From contig MQRK01249777.1 in assembly GCA_001938485.1 (NCBI GenBank), forward strand, positions 1 through 52,972: a stretch of DNA of 52,972 nt, given 5' to 3'. The position numbers were made by a program, and so were the translations under genes. The notes under the pieces are model-generated. The model saw nothing but the letters and a program-made list of their open reading frames with translations. It did no database searches and was not told the origin of the DNA. Shown one piece after another: positions 36,401-47,900 of the stretch. Numbering within the stretch: the stretch's first letter is position 1; each line of letters starts with the position of its first letter. This stretch comes from Girardia tigrina (lineage: Eukaryota).

Positions 36401-38882
36401 NNNNNNNNNNNNNNNNNNNNNNNNNNNNNNNNNNNNNNNNNNNNNNNNNNNNNNNNNNNNNNNNNNNNNNNNNNNNNNNNNNNNNNNNNNNNNNNNNNNN
36501 NTATTTATGTTAAAAAAAACTATTTATATTAAATATAATGAAAGTTAAACATAAATAAAATTCAATAAAATTAAATTTTTAATGTGTATACATATTTTTG
36601 GGACACCCTGTATATATATAAAGTAGACTAATAAAAAGAATGGAATAAGAGTGGGAATCAGGAAAAAAACAACTTAAATAAATGTGAGACGTAAATTCAA
36701 TATAGGTTATTTAGTCTTAGTTAAGATATATAACAGAATCAATATAACAAATATATATGAAAAAATGAATCAACGATACTTGATCCAAAGACAGTTAATC
36801 CAGGACACTTAATCTCAAGGACACTTGATCCTGAAGACACTTGATACAGAAGACACTTAATCATGCGGTATTTGAAGGTAATTTGATCCCGAAGATGATT
36901 AATCTCGACTTTGATTTACAGATGTTTCGAGTATTGGAAACATCGTAAAAATGCTAATGAAACGATCATATGACAATGCACAAAAAACGTGAAATTTCAT
37001 TGCAAAGCGAGGCTAACAACGAAGAGCGATGCAATTGTGACATAGCAGAATCCGGAGCATACTGATGGAGGTAAAAAACAACATCACAAGCTCGGATAGC
37101 TGTTAGCGGGATGAAAAGGAAAATTACGGACATAGGTGTTACCCGATCCTACTTTCATGGTTATTTTAAAACGAGCAACAATCAACAAGGCTTTAGAACA
37201 ACATTGTAACAAACTGTTGAGAGTTAGACATGGAGAAAACAATACAAAGCCGTCAGCATCTGTCTATCACAACTTAGAAATAATGCAGATTTTTACAGAT
37301 CTTGTTCTGTATGACTTAGGTTCAGGGGTTGTTCGACTTATCATTCTTGACAGAGATAAAACTCAATGTTGGATGGATTAGCTCGAGCTCAGACCTGGAT
37401 TGCTGATGGAACATTTGTACTTGCACCTACTTTTTTTCAACCTTATTCTATCAATTTTGCGTTAGGAGATGGAATAAATTAAGTCGGAGTGTATTGTTTA
37501 ATGACAAACAAAACGGCCGATTCATACAATCAAATGACTGCGGCTCTAAAAACCCTTATTCCAACTGCTGCGCCAACGACAATATTGCTTGATTTCGAAA
37601 ATGCAGCAATTATAGAATTTACAGTTGCATTTGCTATGGCAACAGTAACAGATTGTTATTTTCACCCTTGCCGGAGTTGGTTATATTGGCATGAAAGTAG
37701 GTTATATTGGATTACGAAAATAATGACTCCATCCGTGATAATGTGCGCTGTCTCGCAGCATTAAAATTTGTTCCAGTGGACGACGTAATGGAAGCATTTG
37801 ATCTTCTCGCCGATAATTGAGTTTCTAATTTTGGTGTGCGTGACTAATAAAGTTTATTTGGAAATTATTCGTTTTGTATCAAAACTAATTAAACCATTAA
37901 CTCAATTGTAAAATTTAAAATGACTTCATTAAAAAAAAATTATTCTACTGTTAATTTTCATACTTTACTACTTCGACTAAAAATATTTCTGAAGACTAAA
38001 TAAATGAAGACTAAATATGAAGACTTAATAAATATGTTCACTCTATAACAAATTCATTTTAGAATTAGAATTTGCTGATAACCTCCAGGAATCACTTAAT
38101 GTCTCTGAAATTAAAGTTCCTGATCAGTGTATTTATCTTCTTTAAAGCATTCCTGATCAGAATTCAGATCCGGATTATCTCTTGGCAAATGGAACTCCAG
38201 CCTATTACCAGATTCCGATAGAAAAGAAGCATAAATGAACAGATCTCTATGATTACTCAAAACGTGTAGTTAAAGATTTTCAAATGGTTATTGATAATAT
38301 ATACAGAGATAGTAAAAAATAGTAATTTATTTAGGTGATATCTTAATTGGATATTAATATATAGAAGAATATTGAAAGGACATTGAGTAAAGAAAATAAC
38401 TTAAAATTAAATATTAGAAATTTTTCCTTGATTATTTACTCAACAGAAATTTTTGTTACCAATTTTATTTTGACATTTAAATTCTGTAGAGAAATTTGCA
38501 TTTGATTAAGAAATACTCAAAACGTCTTCCGCTATTCAAATTTGTAATTTCCAAATAAAATATTTTTCATAACTTTTACTGCTAGCTTTCATATTTGTTA
38601 GACATTGACATTTCGCTTATTGTCTGGCACATCTTGTTGTTAATTGAAAGGGAATTTGTCACAAATTGTAAAAGGATTATAAAGAATAAAAGATTGAAAA
38701 CATCAAAATTCGTTATATTCAACTTTCAACTTTTTATTACTTATAACGTTTATTCTATGAATTTACTACGGATCATTTACTACTTATTTGTACAAAAAAT
38801 ATATATTTAATAAATTTATTTTATCTTATATTTAAGGTAAAGTCGTAATTAAGACCTTTTCCCATCCTTTATCTTAGATACT

Positions 38883-38919
<37 letters not shown>

Positions 38920-41900
38920 NNNNNNNNNNNNNNNNNNNNNNNNNNNNNNNNNNNNNNNNNNNNNNNNNNTATATATATATGGAATTTAGAAACCTATTTT
39001 TGGAGGCTTTTTACTCAATTGATTTTCTCAAAATTTTGCACACTTACTCATTTTCGATGACAATAAATGATAATGTGAAAATTTGATCAAAAAAAACTTT
39101 TTAAGGTCCCAAAATGGGAAAAAACGGAAAATTCTGAGTTTCAGATCAATATTAATTGAAAAAGATCTATTTCAAATTTATAAGTTTACTATAAGTTTAA
39201 TTTATAAGTTTATAAGTTTATTAAATTAAATTTATAAGTTTAATTATTAATTTTTCATTGTTTTTTTAATTAAAAGTTTTTAAATGTTAAATTTTTTTAA
39301 GTTTTTAAAACTTTGTTGGCAAAGTAGAGTTCTGTCTACATAATGAATGGATGTAAAAGATTTAATTTTTTGATTTACTAGATATTGTTAAAAATAATAA
39401 ATAAAATTAAAATTTATTTTCTTTCAAAAAAATGATTGTATTCTAAACATTTTAAATAAACATTGAATAGTTAAGGTTGATATAGTTGGAAATTTGGTCC
39501 ACAATAATGTTTATTTAAGTCAGAAACATATGACTGCATTTTGAGAATCACATGACACGATTGTCCACTTTTTGTTTTCTGAGGGTGACCCATTTATGCA
39601 ATGACCATCTCCTTGAGATGCTCCATCTTTGAAATTTCTAAAATAATAATCATCAAGATGTAAAATATTTTCTTTAATCACAATTCTAACTTATATTTCA
39701 ATGGAGTTCCATCTGAAAATGTCCACTTCCCTTCTTTGTCACTACCATCAATCCAAAACGAACCTAAATTTTTTTGCTTTACCATATTGAAAACAAGTTT
39801 CTAAAATTAATGAAAAATAAATTATTAAAATATTATTATGAAATTTTTCACATTGATTTCTTCATTTTCTAAACGAATCAGTTTTAGATCCTGACTTTTA
39901 CAATAATTAACAGCTTCATCATAAGTTGTCTTTTCCTCTGTTAAGTAAATTGATACAGTTTCTGTAACGGTTTCTGTCTCTGTTTTCGTTTCTGTTTTTT
40001 AAAATGTTAATAAAATAAAAAAATGTTGTTAAGATTGATTTATTTTATTTATTTTTTCCATGTATTTTACTTTTATTTTTATTTGCTTTTAATATTTCTA
40101 AAACAACATTTATCTACTAACCTGTTTCAGTTGTTGTGGATGTTGAACCTTTGTAGCAAATAACGGCCATGTTAGCATTACAACCAACGTCATTCCAAAA
40201 TCCATTTTGGTAAAATAAACCATGTAAACAGTGTTCATTGTTGCCTGCATTATTTGGTTCTCCAGGGTGCCATTTACTTTTTTTAAGTTATATTCTCATT
40301 TAGGATAATTAATATTTTTATATTACTTGTACACGATTCTGTTACCATCTTCGTAAATCCATTTTCCCTCTGATTGTCTGTCATTGGCATCCATCCAATA
40401 CTGCCCGATTCCTTTTTGTACGGCAAAGTTATACACCATTTGCTGCATATTTTGAAATAAAAGGAAAAATATAATTTTAATGCAGTCTTTCATTACAAAA
40501 TTTGTTATATGATGGCTTATAATTAGAACAGCGATAATCAATATTTGCAATTTTATTAGGTTATCTAATAAAATTTATTCTAAGAATGTAAACAATTAAA
40601 TTTATCATTGATGATTACGAAAATGTACACATTACGAAGGCTACACATCATTTGCGCACCGTAATAAATTGTATTAAAGTAATAATTTTAGTTTTAATCA
40701 AGTATTTTATTAAATGTAATAAAATTTTGTTTTTGTCAATTTGGGCGCCAAGCTTTATAAAACTTTATCACACGGTGGCTCGTTAATTTTTTCATAACTC
40801 CATAATGATTTCATCCCTTTAATACTAAGTTTATCGAAACCGTATAAAAATCTACCATGTTCATATTTAAGACGATTTCGGTTCGATCTCACAGTTGCTT
40901 AATTCATAACAATTTATAGACACTTAAAAATGGGAAAAATATAAAATCTATAAAATGAAATTATATTTTAGTATTAAATTAAATTATTATTTACATTATT
41001 ACACTTAACACATTGAATGCTGAGTACGAGATATCTCGTACTTCAATATTCATTAGTTAGACGCTAAGTACGAAATATCTCGTACTTTGGCTTACATTAC
41101 TAAGACGCTAAGTACGAGATATCTGCTGCGCGCATGAGATATGCCTGCCGCGCGGCAGTAAACTTTTTTTTCCCACGCGTAGCGCGCGTAGCAGACGTTC
41201 GGTGCATGATGTCAACAGCAGTCAATGTGTTAATAAAATACTGGATTAAAACTAAAATTATTACTTTATTACAATTTATTACGACGCCCAAATGAACATT
41301 TTATTACGGCTTCCAAATGGCAGCGCCCAAATGACAGTGTCCAAATGAACTATTCCCCGAAAATGTAAGCATATAAGTTGTTCATTCCACTAGCTTATTC
41401 TACATAGACGCTTTCGACGAACTAAATACAAAGTCGTTATCAAAACTAGTATGAGTAATAAATAATTCAATAATAATATAATAATAGTAATAATAAATAT
41501 TATTTTGGTCGAAGAAGTAGGAAGTGATGGAGCATTTCGTTTATTCCTTATATAAATATTGATTTGTAAGAACAAAGTAAAACAACAAACTCAACGACTT
41601 GTAATTATTTATTAAAATGAATATTTTAACAATTATTTTATTAGTAATATTTATTCGTCAATAAATATTTAATAAATTTTAAAGATTGTTAAATAGGTTT
41701 TTAATTTTACTTTCAATTTAATTCTTTTACTTATCGCTATTTTAGCAGATCATTACATTTTTAATAATAAAAATAATATTAAAGTATGAACATTTATTTT
41801 CTCTGATTGTATTTTCACCAAATTCAAACCCTGTTGCTTGCAAAGGTTGACAGCATCCTGTTGATTGACCTTGTTAGGAAGAGCAGTTAACTGATTCTCT

Positions 41901-44900
41901 TCAAAAGTAACTATTTTAAATGAATATCAGAAATTTTTAATAGAAATTCTTATCATTTTCATACCAAGATTAGTTAATGGTTTGTCTCGATAGCAAATGA
42001 CGGCAATGTTAATATTGCAGTTGACATCATTCCAGAATCCATTCTGATAAAATAAGCCATGTAAGCAATGTTCATTGTTGCCAGCATTATTGGGTTCTCC
42101 TGGCTGCCATTTACTTTTTGTGTAAGACATTTATTTTACAAATCTTATTTGTTAAATTCAGCTTTACCTGTAAACGATTCTGCTACCGTCTTCATAAACC
42201 CAGTTACCTTCAGAATTTTTATCATTCGCATCCATCCAGTATTGACCTAAACCTCTTTGTACAGCAAAATTATAAACCATTTGCTACAAAAATTTCAAAA
42301 ATTATTTTTTTCAAATAAAAAAAAGATCTTCACATTTGTTTTTTCATCTTGAATTTTGACAAGATTCATTCCTTGTTCTTTACAGAGTTGTATAGCTTGT
42401 TGTTGATTAACCTTATTAGGAAGCGATAAAAGTTGGTGTTCTTCATATGATACTATATAATATAAGACTTTATTCATTTCATAAATGTTATATAACTCTT
42501 ACCAATATCATTCAAAGGTTGGTCTCGATAACAGATAACAGCAATATTGATATTACAAGGAACATCATTCCAGAAACCATTTGGATAGAATAACCCATGC
42601 AAACAGTGTTCATTGTTACCAGCATTGTTTGGTTCTCCAGCATGCCATTTACTTTGAAGACATTCAATATAATTATTTCAGTTTTTTATTTAACTTAAAT
42701 ACATACGTATAAACAAGACGGTTACCATTTTCGTGTACCCAAGTTCCTTCTGATTGTCTATCATTCGCATCAATCCAATATTGTCCTAATTGTCTCGCAA
42801 CTGCAAAGTTATATACCATTTGCTACACATGAATAACATGTTTTATAAGTACTACAAATAATGCAAATATACATTTGTTGCTTCGTCTGTAATTTTCACT
42901 AAACTCAAACCTTGAGACTTACAAAGATTAACAGCCTGTTGTTGATTAACCTTGTTTGGTAAGGCTAAAAGTTGGTTCTCGTTGAGTGAAGCTAATGAAA
43001 TATTACTTTAAAAAATATTTTGAAATGAAGTTCTACCATTAACAAACGTTGATATCTCTAAAACACAGTATGTGAACAAGAGAAAATATAATTTTTGATT
43101 ATACATTTTCAAGTATTGTAATATTTGAAATCAACGTTTATTTTATATAAATATTTTTATTGTTGATGGGACATCTGTTTTTGAAATAATGTTTTTATTG
43201 TACAGTTGTTATTGAAATCTGATTTTTTTAAATAAAATTTTTAAAATAAACTCTACATGTATATTTAAATATTATATTTACTTTATATGCAAGTAATTGT
43301 TTTCAATTTAAAACTATTTTAAATTCATTTTCTTCTTATTTAGCTTTGGCCTCAATGTGGGGGTAGGATTACAAAACCATCAAGTTTCAAGCTTTTCTAT
43401 ATACCTCAGGTTAAATATTCCTTTTTAATAAAAATATTATATCAAAGTTTATATTAACCTTCAAGAATTGTTTGTTTTTTATTTAGCACATGAGGTTTTT
43501 AGGAATGCAATATATTTCATCTGAGCTTCACTGTTATAAATATAAAATGAGACTTGTAAAATTTAGTTAAAACTAAAAGTTTAGTAGTGTAAAAATAGAC
43601 CATCTTCTTGTTCTCGAGTGTTTAACAAAATTTACTTCAATCGTATTTTTACTTCAATTACAAATATTTTAACAAATACGAAATACGATTGAAAATTAAT
43701 AACAAATTACAAACTCATTTTTTAGTTTTATTTATTTATTTTGATACTCCATGTGACCATTTATTGGCTTTTATTTTATAACTGAACTTTTCCGACAAGA
43801 ATGCTCATCAACTTTTCTAATTACCCTCAATGGTCGTTAAGATCTCAAGACATCTGATGGCAAGTAGGACAAATGAAATATTTAAGTATTTTAATACAAT
43901 AGCCATAGTACTGATACATCTAATTTTAGAACATAACTGGAATTCAATTTCCAAGGTTTCGGATTAAAATTGTTTAGAGGTGATATGAACGCTACATAAT
44001 ATAGGTAACAAAATAGTATTATGACACTGGGTCAATTCAAAACCTTTGTGAAATTATTCTACTAGAAGATAAAATAACTCGGTTTTCCTTTCGGATTTTA
44101 ACGTAGTTGATTACTACCTTAGTACCTTATGGTTCATATCTTAGAACCTTAGTAATTCTTATTTGAACCTAAAAATTCAAATATCAAAAAAATATAAAGT
44201 TTCCTTCAATGTTGTTCAAAATAGCGGTCAGATTACTTACTTAGTTTATCCATAATATGAAAGTTTATTTACGGTATCATTTGATTGCATATTAATTTAA
44301 ATTACTCGATGGTAAAAATTAAATTTCTAAATCTATCATATATGTTTCTCTCCTAATGGAAAAATACATTTGGAATGTTTCATTTTATTGCAAGGTGATC
44401 TGAAATTTGCTCTTTCACTCTTCTCGGCCTATTACCATAGCTTTTATCTAGTCATTAGTACTGTGGGTGTTTTAAGAAATGTTTTGATTACATGTACATA
44501 TTTTGCTAAACTCAGTATATTTTATTACTAGAAAATTTATAGGCGGCAAGCCGCCCATGAAAAGATTTCCAATAAAAAGTTGTTTAATTCTTCAAATCAG
44601 AATCATGTAGTCTCCTGAGCACGTTGTAAGTGCTTTGAAACAGCATCACATTCCAGGTGAGCGCGATTTACCGCTTGAGATTGATGAGCGCGTTGTAATT
44701 GAAGTCGCTCGGACTCCTTAAACTTTTATGCTGAGTGTTATTGGGCATTTTTTACGCTGTTCAGACGTGACGATTGTCCATAGTATTAGCTGTAGTCGGA
44801 TTTGAATGTGGGTGTTTATAAGAAAAAAATTTAACATTTTTGAAAAAAATTAAATTGATATCCAAACAGAGATTATATATTTCCTTATACTTTTTTATTT

Positions 44901-47900
44901 CATCTAGTGTCCATATTCCGTAATGATTTTTTAAGTTGTATTCTGTGTTTATTTTCTTTCTAGCAATAATACTGCATTAGATTTTTTTTAATTTTACCCA
45001 GTTTCTTTTAGTAGTTAGTTATAAATGCATGTAACTTTATGGTTGTTGGTAGAAATCATATTAGTTTTCAGTGGTTTAGGTGTTGGTAACGTTTTAGTGG
45101 GTATTTATGGTGTTTTGGTTTTTAAGTGATTTTCTATTTTGGTTATATTGTTGTTTTTGATTCCAGTGTTTTGATTGGTTGGTTGAGCGTGATTTACAGA
45201 CCGACAATTTTTAATTTTTAAATTTGTGGATCTTTAATGTTTCAATTTTATTTTTTTTTATTTAATAATTTTATTATATTATCTACTTATTATTGTAAGT
45301 AGACGATGATTGAACGTGACGTACAGACAGATAGACATTTAAGACAAATATTATATGTTATATATAACGATGTATCATTTTTGCTATATTAAAATCGTAA
45401 AATTATGAATGTAGTAATTTTATTATTTTGTATCATGCTAAAATTGAAAGTTTAATTAAATGTTTAAATGAAAAAAATATAAAAAATATATTAATTATCG
45501 CTGACTAACTTGTTATTTTTAATTATATTAGTTAATTTAATTATAAATTGAAATTGAAGAATTATACAGGGTGACGCAAAATAAACTCCAAGGTACTTTT
45601 CTATTGTATCTTTTTATCCACCTACTTTTTTGTAGGTAAAGAACATTTTTAGAATCCTGAGCGTCGCCAAATTCTGATGGTATAAAAATAAAATAAAAAA
45701 AACATCAAAAATTAAAAAAAATTTTGAGACGAAAAATTTAACAAGCGCTTTTTTAAATGAACTTAGAAAGTTTTACCCTAAAATTTGATTCAAATGACGT
45801 ATTCGGATCAGTAAAAAGCTCATCTCGTTTTGATGCTTGTTGAGGAAGCCTATGATTATGCGCAGTTCAAAACTCGATTCCTAAGTGAAACAAGAAATGG
45901 TCGAGCAAAGATTCCGGAAAAAAAGAGTCATTGTAAAATGGATTGGCGATTTTCGAGCGACTGGAAGTGTCCATGGAAAGCGCGGAAAGAACAAGCCAAA
46001 ACGTGTTCGCACCAAAGAAGCCATTGAAGATGTCCGTGAAGCCTTTATTGCAAATCCTCATCTATCAACTCGACGCAATCCATTTGTTTCAACTGGCGAC
46101 ACTGACAGCGAAGAAGACGATCACGGAACAGTTCGTATATCACAAAGAAGCTTGCAGTGAATTTTGAAAGAAGACTTACAGATGCGTAACTATCATTTGC
46201 AAATGGCTGATGCCTTGGAGGAGACCGACTATGCCGCTCGAATCGAGTTTGCTCGAACCGAATTGGATCGATTGGATGAAGATGCAAACAGACTCAACAA
46301 TCTTCTTTTTACGGATGAAGCCCACTTTCATTTGGATGGAAGCGTCAATCGTCAAGACTTCATGTGGGCCGATGAAAATCCTCATTGGTTTGATGTTCGT
46401 CGACTTCATCCTCAAAAATTGACAGTTTGGATGGGAATTGGTGTCGAAGGTGTTGTTGGCCCATACTTTTGGGAGCGACAAGGAAATGAGCGCGGAATCA
46501 ATGGTCGTTGGATGACTGAATTGTATCAAGAGCACGTTATTCCAGAGTTTCAAACTTGGTGAATTTCAATTCTCTCATTGAGCAGCATGACGGCGCTCCG
46601 CCACACATTCTTGGAGATTTTTCTTGAATTGTTGGATCAACAGTTTCCAAATCGATGGATAGGTCGCAGAACACGGGCGCATCCTGCTCCAGTTACATGG
46701 CGACCTCGCTCGCCAGATCTTACAGCATGTGACTATTGGTTGTGAGGCTACATGAAAGGTCGAATTTATCATCGCGAACAACGTCCAAGCACAATCGAAG
46801 AGTTGAGGGTAGCGATTGAAGGAGTTGCCAATGAAATCCGTGAACTTCGTGAACGCGTTGTGGCTGACTACAGACGACGTTTACATGAATGTTTTCTTAG
46901 AGATGGAGGACAAGTTGAAATTCGATAATTAATTGTTGTTATGCTTTTATGGAATAAAAAGCTTGTTAAATTTTTCGTCTCAAAAATTGTTTTTAATTTT
47001 TGATGTTTTTTTCGATTTTTTTATATACCATCAGAATTTGGCAACGCTCAGGATTCTAAAAATGTATATTTTACCTATAAAAAGGTAGGTGGATAAAAAG
47101 ATCCAATAGAAAAGTACCATGAGTTTATTTTGCGTCACCCTGTATTATTGAATTACAATATTAATTGGAATTTTAATTTACAGGGTTATTCACTAATATA
47201 AACACATTCATTCAAATTATAAACAATTCTATTCATTTTTATAAATAATAATATTCACTTTTATAAATAACAATAAAAAATTTAAATTCGTTATTTATAA
47301 TTAAAAAACTTTATACAGTCCATTTCATAAATAAAAAGCCAGATTTTATAATTAACAATTCTGATGCTTTGTTTTTACAACCATAATCCTCCCGATTCCC
47401 GAGTTGCACCGAGACCCGGATGATGTTAGCAGTCGCACGCAAGGTGTGTTCGAATAAGACATCGGAATCAATAAGCTGGACCCATTTATCTGCGATCCGT
47501 ATAACTTTAAAATGATTTGGTTTTTCAAAATTCGTAATGGCGGTCTCGAATAAGTCAAAAATATCTTCTGGTCACAATTTTTCGTTCAAAAATAGCTTAG
47601 CGATGATTATATTAACTATGACCGTTGTTCCCAGGGAAGCTACCATCGACGCTAGTGCTAGTCCGAGTGAATAGAAGTGTTTATAATTTGAATTAAGATA
47701 TCTATATGAGTTAATAACGCTATAATATTAAATTCCAATAACCCTGTAGTGTTCACTAGGGCTGCGGAGTCGGAGTCGGAGTCAGAGTCTAACTCGGAGT
47801 CGTGTAACTCGACTCCGACCAAAATAATAACAAATATTATAAATTGACCTAAAAAGGAGTCGGAGTCGGGCAATTTTAGTTTACTGTAAGAAGTTATGGC

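Noticed and set aside
35278-36548. Three 351-411 aa ORFs
   Set aside because: N-gap artefacts
36775-36905. Short repeat array GACACTTGATCC as CRISPR/iteron
   Set aside because: Degenerate head-to-tail units at a MULE end, no spacers
47658-47873. ORF with SDSDSD repeat
   Set aside because: Translation of the (GGAGTC)n TE subterminal repeat
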